64,000 nucleotides of DNA, taken from IMG/VR virus record IMGVR_UViG_3300037189_030782. One strand, 5' to 3'. Origin of the DNA: a virus. Its lineage: Duplodnaviria > Caudoviricetes. The notes under the pieces were generated by a model, which did not search any database, was not told the DNA's origin, and worked only from the letters and a program-made list of their open reading frames with translations. Below, one piece after another: positions 1 through 9,245 of this stretch (within the stretch, counting starts at the first letter, position 1; every line of letters begins with the position of its first letter). A program made the translations under genes and the position numbers.

Positions 1-156
1 GTCCCTTCGCCAGCGGTTAATTTTGGCTTACATTGGCTGGATCAGTATATTGCAAGATGGCTTGGCGCAACACGCGAAGGTTTATTCATTGTTTGGAATT
101 TGAACTCCGGTAAGTTTAAGTACGACATTTTTACACACACATTGACCCGAGTATAA
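1..156 (+). CDS. Hypothetical protein, C-terminal fragment (5' truncated by window)
   Basis: Open frame from base 1 (VPSPAVNFGLHWLDQ...THTLTRV) to TAA 154-156; next ATG at 158. Confidence 0.55.
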   Translation, partial: VPSPAVNFGLHWLDQYIARWLGATREGLFIVWNLNSGKFKYDIFTHTLTRV

Positions 157-157
157 T

Positions 158-472
158 ATGCAACAGGCCGCACTGCCACATTTGGCTCATTATTCGGATT
201 TGCGTCGGTACATACCCGCTTATGGCGACTATTTAATCTGGTCAAAATGGTTCACTACGTGGCACGGGTTTATAGTAGATTTCGATGCTAAGACTCTCGA
301 AGTGAGCGTGATTTTCGCTGGTCTACCAATTTTGTTGGTAACTATGTCAGAACTAGAACAGAAAAAAGAAACTCGAAAAATTCCATTAGGAGAATTAAAC
401 AATGCGACCAAGGGTAAATACGCAGTTCTCCGCCACGACACAGCCAACAACGCAAACATCTGGTACGTTTAA
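158..472 (+). CDS. Hypothetical protein (104 aa)
   Basis: ATG start, tight packing with neighbours; no motif recognised. Confidence 0.7.
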   Translation: MQQAALPHLAHYSDLRRYIPAYGDYLIWSKWFTTWHGFIVDFDAKTLEVSVIFAGLPILLVTMSELEQKKETRKIPLGELNNATKGKYAVLRHDTANNANIWYV

Positions 473-1028
473 GCTTGCTAAGCTGTTATCGCACCCAAAG
501 CCGCTTCCATTTAATTATTTAGACACACTGAAAAACGTATTATGCTATGTCATCAGGAAATATGCAGATGATGGTCTATCGGTTCTTATAAGCAGAAAAA
601 ATGAAGATGTTGCGGTTTTATTCGGTGATTGGAATGGGAACTTATGTGATATACGGGAGGATGGTCCTGCTCCGGCGGCAGCTAAGCTGTTTATGGAGCA
701 GCACTTGAATGATGTCTATGCTTTAATGAAGTACATTAAAATTGACATGTTACAAATGTTCATTGACACTAGCGCAGGATTCAGACTTGTTGATATACAA
801 TTAAGCCTCAATAAATACACTGGCCCAGGCATGCTGCGTGATGTGTTTAATCCTATAATAGACACGCAGGAGGTGTTGGTCATTGAACCTTTGGCTGATC
901 GAGCCTTGGAGGCGATTAGGCACGGCACCGGAACATATGAAGGCAATCTGATCATTAAGCCCAGCAAATTTAGGCTATATGAGGACGGTGGTGCTTATTT
1001 TCCACATTATGTGAGTGTAACACGATAA
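402..1028 (+). CDS. Hypothetical protein, possibly a degenerate ligase/nucleotidyltransferase fold; true start uncertain (probably near 470)
   Basis: Stop overlaps next ATG (TAATG). FRLVDI and YEGNLIIKP loosely resemble ligase motifs IIIa and IV. Confidence 0.6.
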   Translation: MRPRVNTQFSATTQPTTQTSGTFKLAKLLSHPKPLPFNYLDTLKNVLCYVIRKYADDGLSVLISRKNEDVAVLFGDWNGNLCDIREDGPAPAAAKLFMEQHLNDVYALMKYIKIDMLQMFIDTSAGFRLVDIQLSLNKYTGPGMLRDVFNPIIDTQEVLVIEPLADRALEAIRHGTGTYEGNLIIKPSKFRLYEDGGAYFPHYVSVTR

Positions 1029-2956
1029 TGCCTACTTTTATCAATCGTAATACCTATGCTGTTCACTTAAATGGTCCCGACGGCCAAACGGTACTGGTTA
1101 ACAGTAAACAGGTGATCGAACTTCCAGATTTTTATCATAAATACGTGCAGCGTGGTTATATTACTCAGGTTAATGGTAATGTTTTATCTCCTGAAACTAG
1201 GATGGCTAGTATCAGGAAGAGCGTCACACAAAAAGTGATTCGCCAAGGTAAGAGCATTGTAAAGCCTGTGCAAGATGTCGTCAGGGAAGCCGTCGACGTC
1301 ATGCCTAATGCAGCGAAAGTCTTGCGAAGACAGCAATCAGATGTGCTAAGAAAACCAGCTGTGAACATTACCGACAGCGCCACTAGGCCACGAGTAGGCA
1401 CTGCAGTGAATGCGAACTACCTAGAGGTTTATAGATCATTTGCAGCGAGGTATCAATATGCTGTCAGTAATGACATTGGTATCGGAATTTTAACATATAA
1501 CAGGCCAGGCTCTCTTAAAAGATTATTGCAGTCCATAGAGTCATTTACGGATCTAGACAAAACAGTTGTGTTCATTAGCGATGATAACAGTGATGATCCG
1601 GAGCAGATCAGCCTGTTAGATTCGTTAGTCGACTCAAAATATGTCGTGCTTCGCAATAGGACCAGAGCTGGCGTGGCTGGTAACAGCAACAGATTATTGA
1701 AGTGCCTTAGTCGATTTCGTTACGGGCTGCTTTTAAATGATGATGTGGAAGTGTTAAAGCTGGGCTGGGATTCGTTCTACCCTGATAATTTAAATGCGTC
1801 GGGCTTAAAGCATTTCATTTATCGGGAGATTGGAGTCTACGGAGCATCAGCTGCTACGGCATATCGGATGATTCAAGGGAATAGCAAAACCAGCCATATT
1901 AAGGAAGTCGAAGTATCTAAGGTCGATTCAAAACCACATGGCGCTGTCTTAGCTTTTGATAACTCAGTCGATGTCGGCTATTTCGATGAGGGATTTGGCG
2001 TCTATGGGATGGAGCATATAGAGTGGAGTGACCGTTTTCACAAAGATGGCCATCAAGAAGCCGGGTATTTCGACGTGGCTCATAGCAACGAGTATTTCAG
2101 AATTCACGCAGAGGCTTCGGCAGTCGCAGATCGCGTAATGCATTTGCAGCATAGCAAAAAATACTTGGCTGTCGGTAAATTTGCTAGAAGCAGCAGTTAT
2201 GTGGAAGAGCTACCAAGCTTGAGTATTGTGGTACCAATCCGCGTTTTCGGTCGTCAAAACGCTATTGACTTGATCATTAGAAATATTAAAGCATTAAAGT
2301 TCCCGCACGTGGACATTATAATCTCTGAACATGACGTTAGCCAGAATTTCGATAATAAGCATGTCGGAATTAGGCATATATTTACAGCTGCAGATGGTGC
2401 ACAAACGTTATTTAACAAATCAAGGGCATTCAACGTGGGTGTTAATGCAGCCGCTTGCAATGATATCATTTTGCATGACGCAGACCTGATGGTACACCGT
2501 AGCTATGCAAGCCAGATCAAATCAATCCTAATGGCCAATGAATCATGCCATATCGGTAAATTTGTGATCTATTTGGACCAAGGTGAAACTGAAAGGGTCA
2601 GTATAGATGGTCTCTCATCAGAGCCTTCGTTCGAACGAATGGTTGGCTACTACGAAGGAGGCAGCCTAGGTGTGAGGCGGAGAGATTATTGGCGTTGCGG
2701 AGGCTTTAACGAAGCTTTTTACGGCTACGGCAACGAAGATACTGAATTTTTCGGTAGATTGTCTCAGACCACTAAATTTTGCAACGAACGTACGGAAGCG
2801 TTCATACATCTTTGGCATCCAAGAGTGGAAAACTGGATCGATCATCATCAAGAAAACAAGATGTTGGAAAGGAAATTGGTCTCTAATGCGATGGATAAAC
2901 GTTTAAAGGACTTGAATGCTCAAAACGTCGAAAGAGGCTATAAATGCGAGTGTTGA
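1028..2956 (+). CDS. Two-domain glycosyltransferase (GT2 domain plus GT2/GT7-like domain)
   Basis: GILTYNRPGSL, ISDDNS, LLLNDD in the first domain; SIVVPIR, ILHDAD, GGFNEAFYGYGNEDTEF in the second. Confidence 0.85.
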   Translation: MPTFINRNTYAVHLNGPDGQTVLVNSKQVIELPDFYHKYVQRGYITQVNGNVLSPETRMASIRKSVTQKVIRQGKSIVKPVQDVVREAVDVMPNAAKVLRRQQSDVLRKPAVNITDSATRPRVGTAVNANYLEVYRSFAARYQYAVSNDIGIGILTYNRPGSLKRLLQSIESFTDLDKTVVFISDDNSDDPEQISLLDSLVDSKYVVLRNRTRAGVAGNSNRLLKCLSRFRYGLLLNDDVEVLKLGWDSFYPDNLNASGLKHFIYREIGVYGASAATAYRMIQGNSKTSHIKEVEVSKVDSKPHGAVLAFDNSVDVGYFDEGFGVYGMEHIEWSDRFHKDGHQEAGYFDVAHSNEYFRIHAEASAVADRVMHLQHSKKYLAVGKFARSSSYVEELPSLSIVVPIRVFGRQNAIDLIIRNIKALKFPHVDIIISEHDVSQNFDNKHVGIRHIFTAADGAQTLFNKSRAFNVGVNAAACNDIILHDADLMVHRSYASQIKSILMANESCHIGKFVIYLDQGETERVSIDGLSSEPSFERMVGYYEGGSLGVRRRDYWRCGGFNEAFYGYGNEDTEFFGRLSQTTKFCNERTEAFIHLWHPRVENWIDHHQENKMLERKLVSNAMDKRLKDLNAQNVERGYKCEC

Positions 2957-3921
2957 TTGTAAAACGTGTAGCTGCTGCATATGGTTATGTGACAGATGGT
3001 TTCATCAATGCGTTAAGGACTGTGGGTTGCGTTGTACAGAGATGGGATGGCGCAGCTGACACATGGTGGCAATTTAATCCAGACCTATATATAGGATGTG
3101 CTGCTCATCCGCAGGAGCCACCGAAGGGGCATCGAGCGGCAATTGCGTTACATGTAAATCCTCTTGGCCCAATCACTATTCCAGACATTATGGAGACACC
3201 TAAGAATGTTTCCTGGGTTACCAAAATTAATCCGACAGTGGTTTACGGATACGGATTTGATGACGATGTGATTTATTGGGCGCATTGGCAGGAGAAGCAT
3301 GGGTTCAAATGGACAGCTCAATCCACAGCTTGTGACGCTACGATATTTAAAGACCTTAATGCAGTCAAGACCAATGATGTCATTTACCTTGGCGGATATT
3401 GGCCATACAAAGCTAAGAATATCGAACCATATCTATTTCCTGTGTTAGACCACCCTAGAATCAAATCAAAAGTCATGGGTTGGGGCCATTGGCCAGAAAA
3501 ATATAACGTCGAACCATGCCCAGAAGCCGATGGTAATTCATTCCTAAACACTGGTGTAATTGCGCCTTGTATCAGTGAGCCGCACACGCACCAATGGGGT
3601 ATCGACGTTCCGGAGCGGGTGTTTAAAGCTGCTGCGGTAGGGTTATTGCCGATCATAGATTCAGTCCCGACGTTGAAGAGGAAGCTGCCTGGTATCCCGA
3701 TGGCGTGTGAAGGGCCTGATATGTTAGAGCTGGTGTTGCATTATCTTGCCAATCCGGTAGAACAGCAGGCTTTAGCCAAGCAATTGCAAGTGCATGTCTT
3801 GCAGAATCATACTTATCACCATCGAATGGCTAAATTGCTTACTGATATTGCTTTAGTCGATAACAGATACACTAAATTCTTGCAGGTAGCTGAAAAGTTA
3901 AATGGCTATTGCCACCAGTAA
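2944..3921 (+). CDS. Glycosyltransferase, CgeB / Glyco_trans_1_2-like (GT-B)
   Basis: YLGGYW, ERVFKAAAVG, C-terminal NHTYHHRMAKLL signature. Confidence 0.7.
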   Translation: MRVLIVKRVAAAYGYVTDGFINALRTVGCVVQRWDGAADTWWQFNPDLYIGCAAHPQEPPKGHRAAIALHVNPLGPITIPDIMETPKNVSWVTKINPTVVYGYGFDDDVIYWAHWQEKHGFKWTAQSTACDATIFKDLNAVKTNDVIYLGGYWPYKAKNIEPYLFPVLDHPRIKSKVMGWGHWPEKYNVEPCPEADGNSFLNTGVIAPCISEPHTHQWGIDVPERVFKAAAVGLLPIIDSVPTLKRKLPGIPMACEGPDMLELVLHYLANPVEQQALAKQLQVHVLQNHTYHHRMAKLLTDIALVDNRYTKFLQVAEKLNGYCHQ

Positions 3922-4507
3922 ATGCTTGTTCCTGCACATTCCTAAGACAGCCGGGACTTTCGTCAGGGCTGTGTTGGAGTCTATCGACAAAGTGTCGATA
4001 GTTGGGGCTGATATACACGCCCATTTCCCAGATATCAATGACCATCTTAATAGACCTATCTTTTGCTTTGTAAGACACCCTTTAACTTGGTATCTAAGCA
4101 GGTTTTCGCACAGGTTGCGTAATGGCTGGGTGGCTTCACATCCACTGGATTCTAAGTGCGCTAGCAATGACTTCGATCAATTCGTAGAGAATGTTTGCCA
4201 AGAATACCCCGATGGCTGGTTAACAAATGAATACAATACGTTCATCGACTCAGCACCAACGAAGCCGACAATCGGTCGCCTAGAGAATCTGTATGACGAT
4301 TTACATCTTATTCTAACGAGCTTTAAATATCGGATTTCACGTTCAAGAATCACCAAGTTAGGATACATCAATGCCAGTCATTTCGGTAAATTAAAGCCTG
4401 TTGATGTAATTAAATACAGTGAAGAAACGGCCCAAAAAATATTAAGATTAGAAAGACAAGTGGTTCACCGTTTTTATGAAAATCACGATAGCATGCTTGT
4501 ACAATAA
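3902..4507 (+). CDS. Sulfotransferase family protein
   Basis: 5'-PSB motif FLHIPKTAGT and 3'-PB motif FVRHPLTWYLS. Confidence 0.8.
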   Translation: MAIATSKCLFLHIPKTAGTFVRAVLESIDKVSIVGADIHAHFPDINDHLNRPIFCFVRHPLTWYLSRFSHRLRNGWVASHPLDSKCASNDFDQFVENVCQEYPDGWLTNEYNTFIDSAPTKPTIGRLENLYDDLHLILTSFKYRISRSRITKLGYINASHFGKLKPVDVIKYSEETAQKILRLERQVVHRFYENHDSMLVQ

Positions 4508-5261
4508 GCCTAACGTGTTCGAGGAATGTATACTTAATTCATATTATACATTGCCGGATGAGGACGTAAGGATATTTCCTATTTTTAATGATAATAACGT
4601 TTATTCTGCCAGTGCTGCGTTTAATATCGTCTGCGAAGTGAGCAAGAGTGATGTGATTGTCTTTGCACATCAAGATATTGTTTTTACTAGTGACTTAGTA
4701 CAGAAGATTAAAGAAACGATATCTAAGCTGGGTAAAAACTGGGCTGTTATTGGCGTGGCTGGTAGAAAGGCCCAGATAAAGGGAAAGATCTCAAATGTAA
4801 GCAAAGGCAATAATAATCTGTGTGGTATAGTTATGGATGAAACTGGTATTGCGTGGCCTGGCGCTAGTGGAATACATCGTGTAGACGTAGTAGATGAATG
4901 TTTTTTCATCATTAATAGGAAGTTGAATTTTACGTTCGATTATTCTTTTAATCGATTTCATTTTTATGGTGCAGATTTGTGTTTGCAAGCAAGAGCTGCA
5001 CAATTTGATGTCGTAGTTGCAGAAATGCCAATCAAGCATATAGGTAAGTACAGTCACTCTATGACTGACAAAACGTATTTTCGGCATTTGAGGCTGTTAA
5101 ATGACAAGTGGTTCGGTTTATTTCCAGAGGTGAATGGGACTCATTTTTCTTGGAGGGATCGCAAGATAAGCAGCCACATTCCTTATATGATAGAATCGAA
5201 GAATCATCATAACATTCAAGTGTTGAACAGTAGGTGTGAATATACGGAGAAAAGATGGTAG
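4476..5261 (+). CDS. Glycosyltransferase-like protein (Glyco_tranf_2_5-like)
   Basis: FAHQD, VDECFFI, FHFYGADLCLQA motifs. Confidence 0.75.
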   Translation: MKITIACLYNKPNVFEECILNSYYTLPDEDVRIFPIFNDNNVYSASAAFNIVCEVSKSDVIVFAHQDIVFTSDLVQKIKETISKLGKNWAVIGVAGRKAQIKGKISNVSKGNNNLCGIVMDETGIAWPGASGIHRVDVVDECFFIINRKLNFTFDYSFNRFHFYGADLCLQARAAQFDVVVAEMPIKHIGKYSHSMTDKTYFRHLRLLNDKWFGLFPEVNGTHFSWRDRKISSHIPYMIESKNHHNIQVLNSRCEYTEKRW

Positions 5262-6079
5262 ACGTAATATTATTGCATCATCCGCAGAGTCCTGACCTGC
5301 TTGGCAACCAGATCGAAAATGACGAAGACGTCACAGTGCATAGAATAGCATGTGGCACGTCGAAGGTAGTGGCTGGAGCGTATAGCGAATCAGGTGATTT
5401 TAACCCAAATTTTGCTAGTTTGAATTCATGTCTATTCGAGAGTAGTGTGATCTTAACTGCTTGGGAGCATATTGACGAGTTGGCTAAGTCTGACGTAGTG
5501 GCTATACTGCACACGGATGTCGATAAAAATTATGCTGGTGTTGATTTATGGCGCAAGATAGCTGCGTTCACGAAGACGCATAATGTAGGGCTAACTATGT
5601 CGCCAGATCATCTATTTAAATTTAAGGATCATGTGTTAGTGGATAATGCACGATTAAGATTTAAAAATGATCCTTATCGCGTGCATAGCTTTGATCACGG
5701 TATAGATGTGTGGGGTATCGTGCAGAAGGTAGACAAAGAACTGTACGAATGGGCGTCTAATGAAAATCCAGTTATGATTTATAGCCATCAGTTCGCTTGT
5801 TCTAAGCGTGTGTTTAAGAAGCTTGGAGTAAATTTGTATAAGGCACTAAGTAGGATTAATTTGGCGGACGTAGGTTTATGGATACCGCATATTTTCGAAA
5901 GGTTAATCGCACTTAATTTAGCTAAGCTTGGTTACGTTAAGATCACTGACTATTTTAGACATTATGGGAGCTCGGGTATCAAAGGGCAAGCGGATTTGAA
6001 GCTTTATGGACCTAGAGAGTATAAATTTTTTAGATTGAGAGATGTGCAAAAGCTAAGATCGCAAGCTGAGCGTCTTTAA
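5255..6079 (+). CDS. Hypothetical protein, possibly polysaccharide-biosynthesis/GT-like
   Basis: LHTD (DxD-like) and HIFERL motifs; lies inside the glycan cluster. Confidence 0.55.
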   Translation: MVDVILLHHPQSPDLLGNQIENDEDVTVHRIACGTSKVVAGAYSESGDFNPNFASLNSCLFESSVILTAWEHIDELAKSDVVAILHTDVDKNYAGVDLWRKIAAFTKTHNVGLTMSPDHLFKFKDHVLVDNARLRFKNDPYRVHSFDHGIDVWGIVQKVDKELYEWASNENPVMIYSHQFACSKRVFKKLGVNLYKALSRINLADVGLWIPHIFERLIALNLAKLGYVKITDYFRHYGSSGIKGQADLKLYGPREYKFFRLRDVQKLRSQAERL

Positions 6080-6263
6080 GCCAGTCGAATTCAGGCTCTT
6101 TTTTAAACTGTCCTTCAATATATCCACTTAAGCTGTCGAAATGGATATTGTAGTGTATCGGTTTCTCGTCGACAAATGATCTGAGTTCTAACGATAATTT
6201 CATAGGAAATGCGTGAGGTAGTGTTTTAATCAATGACCTTGTTATGCGTTTTTTGATTCTCAT
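6030..6263 (-). CDS. Small hypothetical protein (77 aa)
   Basis: ATG with AAGGA upstream; fills the gap between + strand genes, divergent from gmd. Confidence 0.5.
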   Translation of the reverse strand: MRIKKRITRSLIKTLPHAFPMKLSLELRSFVDEKPIHYNIHFDSLSGYIEGQFKKEPEFDWLKDAQLAILAFAHLSI

Positions 6264-6304
6264 TGCGTGATCCTTGGTAATTAATATATACTGTAGAGAA
6301 CAGC

Positions 6305-7264
6305 ATGATGAAAAGAGCTTTGATTACTGGTATCACTGGAATGGCGGGATCATATTTAGCTCGGCACTTGCTTAGTCTTGGTTATGAAGTGCATGGCGTG
6401 GTTCGTAGGATATCTACACCTAACTTGTCTAGAATAGTAGACATTTTAGACCAATTGCATCTACATGATGGTGATCTTACGGATCTATCATCGCTATTAA
6501 GAATTGTTATGGCGCGGTCTTATCAAGAGGTTTATAATTTAGCTGCGCAAAGTTTTGTGGGCACCAGCTGGGATCAGCCTTGGCTAACCGCTCAGGTCAC
6601 AGCTATTGGTGCTCTTAATCTCTTAGAAGCGTTGAGATTGACTAAATCTGATGCTCGCATATATCAAGCATCGAGTAGTGAGATGTTCGGCAAGGTCCAG
6701 GAAATACCTCAGAAGGAATCTACTCCATTTTATCCACGTAGCCCTTATGGAGTCGCTAAAGTATTCGCTCACCAGATGGCCATCAATTACCGTGAAAGTT
6801 ATGGCATGTTTTGTAGCACAGGGATCTGCTTTAACCATGAGGGTCCTGGTCGAGGTTTGGAGTTTGTCACTAGGAAGATATCCAACACGGTGGCCAAGAT
6901 TAAAAAAGGAAAAGCTACGGAACTGAGATTAGGTAACCTCGACGCCAAAAGAGACTGGGGATTTGTTGGCGATTATGTCAAGGCTATGCATCTTATATTG
7001 CAGCACGATACACCTTTGGATGTGGTGATCGCTACGGGAGAGACGCATTGCGTAATGGAATTCGTTCAATTAGCATTCGAAAGAGCGGGTTTAGATTATC
7101 GTCAATATCTAGTAGTTGATCCTCATTTTTACAGGCCTGCTGAGGTCGATCTTTTGTTAGGAGATCCTACGTTGGCTAGTGATGTATTGGGTTGGACGCC
7201 GTCAGTTACTTTCAATGAATTAGTAAATATGATGGTTGATGATGATTTACAATTAGAAGCATAG
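6305..7264 (+). CDS. gmd: GDP-mannose 4,6-dehydratase
   Basis: ALITGITG, YNLAAQSFV, QASSSEMFG, FYPRSPYGVAK (YxxxK), GNLDAKRDWG, FYRPAEVDLL. Confidence 0.95.
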   Translation: MMKRALITGITGMAGSYLARHLLSLGYEVHGVVRRISTPNLSRIVDILDQLHLHDGDLTDLSSLLRIVMARSYQEVYNLAAQSFVGTSWDQPWLTAQVTAIGALNLLEALRLTKSDARIYQASSSEMFGKVQEIPQKESTPFYPRSPYGVAKVFAHQMAINYRESYGMFCSTGICFNHEGPGRGLEFVTRKISNTVAKIKKGKATELRLGNLDAKRDWGFVGDYVKAMHLILQHDTPLDVVIATGETHCVMEFVQLAFERAGLDYRQYLVVDPHFYRPAEVDLLLGDPTLASDVLGWTPSVTFNELVNMMVDDDLQLEA

Positions 7265-7272
7265 GAGATTCA

Positions 7273-7530
7273 ATGCTTACTTCTTTGATTATGTTGGTGG
7301 CTGCTCAGGCTCCGGAACTTAAAGGACAAGCTCCAAAGGCCCAAGCGCCTAAAGTGGAAGTAAAAAAGGCTCAAGCGCCCAAAGCTCAAGCGCCAAAGGC
7401 CCAGGCCCCCAAAGCCCAAGCACCGACCAAAGGTCAGGCTGCTACCGCTCCTGTAACTGCTGGGATTAGGGAGCGTTTGAAAGAGCGCGCTGAAAAATTG
7501 CGAGATCGTGTAGCTAATCTTCGTGGTTAA
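7273..7530 (+). CDS. Small secreted/membrane-anchored low-complexity protein with KAQAP repeats
   Basis: SD AGGAG; hydrophobic N-terminus MLTSLIMLVAAQA; six K[AG]QAP units; basic amphipathic C-terminal helix. Confidence 0.8.
   Translation: MLTSLIMLVAAQAPELKGQAPKAQAPKVEVKKAQAPKAQAPKAQAPKAQAPTKGQAATAPVTAGIRERLKERAEKLRDRVANLRG
7321..7443 (+). repeat. Coding tandem repeat (K[AG]QAP)n, 15-nt units
   Basis: Units such as aaagctcaagcgcca, aaggcccaggccccc, aaagcccaagcaccg, with synonymous variation. Confidence 0.85.
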
Positions 7531-7543
7531 TCTTATTTAAATA

Positions 7544-7572
7544 ATGGCACCGCTTCTGGCGGTGTCATTTTT
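7544..7572 (+). terminator. Rho-independent terminator
   Basis: ATGGCACCGC-ttctg-GCGGTGTCAT followed by a T run, just after the 7273 ORF. Confidence 0.8.
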
Positions 7573-7587
7573 GTATTCGGAATCAAT

Positions 7588-7854
7588 ATGTTCGCCAAAT
7601 TCGACCTTGTACTCCTTAAAACGACGAAGAACGTTAAATACATCAGCGTTGATCCAGCTGAAATAAGCCCAAAGGGCTACTGGACAGTAAGTAATATCGT
7701 TGAAGATGACTTGCTAATAACAAAGGGTATGGCTGTGGTAAGGATACCGCAGGCTGATGTATTGAAGGCTGTAGACATTAATCAGTCGATGCATAAGATC
7801 CACGGGCTACTTGGGAGGTTATCAGAATATGGCGAAGGCAGAGAAGACAGCTAA
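7588..7854 (+). CDS. Hypothetical protein (88 aa)
   Basis: ATG start; overlaps recA start. Confidence 0.7.
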   Translation: MFAKFDLVLLKTTKNVKYISVDPAEISPKGYWTVSNIVEDDLLITKGMAVVRIPQADVLKAVDINQSMHKIHGLLGRLSEYGEGREDS

Positions 7855-8941
7855 ACCTAAAAACCTAGATGAGCTGTTTGCGAGAATCGATAAATCTATC
7901 GGAAGTGGGTCGATCAAAAGAGGCAAGAATGCTATCAGTCCGGTGCAGGTTTTCAGCTCTGGGGTAGCTAGCATTGATTTTGCAATTGGCTGCGGTGGCA
8001 TTCCGATCGGTAGGATTATTGAGATCTGGGGTCCAGAGAGCAGTGGTAAAACTACGACCTGCCTGCAATTGGCTAAAGCATGCCAAAAGCATTATTTTGC
8101 TACCAAGAAAGCCTATGGATCTGTGGTTTACATAGACGTCGAACATTCTTTAGATCGCTCGTGGGCTATCAAGATTGGCGTTGATGTCGATGTTATGGCG
8201 ATTAGTCAGCCAGATTCAGGTGAAGATGCATTTAGCATAATAGATCAATGTATAGATTCAGGTTTAGTCGATTTGATTATAGTCGACTCGGTTGCAGCGC
8301 TGGTGCCTCAGAAGGTGTTAGATGGAGATATAGGTGATCAACAGATGGCAGCATTAGCGCAATTGATGAGCAAGGGTCTCAGCAAGATAAAGGGGAAATG
8401 TAATAACACAGGTACAACGATTATCTTCGTGAATCAGATCCGTGAGAAAGTGGGCCAAATGTTTGGCAATCCCGAGACAACGCCAGGCGGCAAAGCGCTC
8501 AAGTTCTATGCATCAGTGAGGGCTGAAGTAAAGCGAAAGGAAGCTGTCAAAGTAGGACAAGAAATAGTAGGCAATGTTGCACATCTTACTATGCGTAAAA
8601 ACAAAGTGGCGCCACCATTTGAAGTAGCTGAGTATGATATTTGTTTCGGTCGGAAGGAACGACCAGTTCACGGTATCGATTGGGTCACTAGTTTAGTGCG
8701 AACTGCAGAAAAGAAGGGCGTATTGATCACTAAAGGCTCGCATTATAAGTTCGATAATCAGACTATAGGCAATGGCGAGGCTGCAGTGGTTAAAGCATTC
8801 AGAGATGATGATAAGCTAATAGAACGTGTTAGAGCTAAGTTGTATGAATTGATCGTCGATGGAGGCATAGAGCCAACTGAAGATACAGAGGAAGATCGAT
8901 TGGAAGACGGGGGTTTTGTCGATGAGCAATCCGCTGTATGA
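7829..8941 (+). CDS. recA: RecA recombinase
   Basis: GRIIEIWGPESSGKTT, SQPDSGE, IIVDSVAALVP, FVNQIREKVG, NPETTPGGKALKFYASVR, KNKVAPPF; start moved to the ATG after GGGAGG. Confidence 0.97.
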   Translation: MAKAEKTAKPKNLDELFARIDKSIGSGSIKRGKNAISPVQVFSSGVASIDFAIGCGGIPIGRIIEIWGPESSGKTTTCLQLAKACQKHYFATKKAYGSVVYIDVEHSLDRSWAIKIGVDVDVMAISQPDSGEDAFSIIDQCIDSGLVDLIIVDSVAALVPQKVLDGDIGDQQMAALAQLMSKGLSKIKGKCNNTGTTIIFVNQIREKVGQMFGNPETTPGGKALKFYASVRAEVKRKEAVKVGQEIVGNVAHLTMRKNKVAPPFEVAEYDICFGRKERPVHGIDWVTSLVRTAEKKGVLITKGSHYKFDNQTIGNGEAAVVKAFRDDDKLIERVRAKLYELIVDGGIEPTEDTEEDRLEDGGFVDEQSAV

Positions 8942-9245
8942 AGTCGGCCAGACAGTATACCACAGGTCTAGTGCTACTTCTGGTTTCCTAGATCCTATCA
9001 TTATCAGTGGAGTGCGATCTTCTGGTATCAATTGGATCTATAAGATCAATAGCACTCGCACAGCCAGTCAATCATTGGGGACTTATTCGGACAAAAACAG
9101 CTTAATTACTGGCGACGTGTTATGGTTTAGAGAGGATGAATTCATATTATATTGCGAAGCGTTGACACTGGCCAAGCAATTTCTGCAGAAGCAGCTATTA
9201 AGCATCGACCATGCGCTGGCGGCGCAGTGTGGAGAGACATTCTAA
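8922..9245 (+). CDS. Hypothetical protein
   Basis: ATG at 8922; abuts helicase start. Confidence 0.65.
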   Translation: MSNPLYEVGQTVYHRSSATSGFLDPIIISGVRSSGINWIYKINSTRTASQSLGTYSDKNSLITGDVLWFREDEFILYCEALTLAKQFLQKQLLSIDHALAAQCGETF

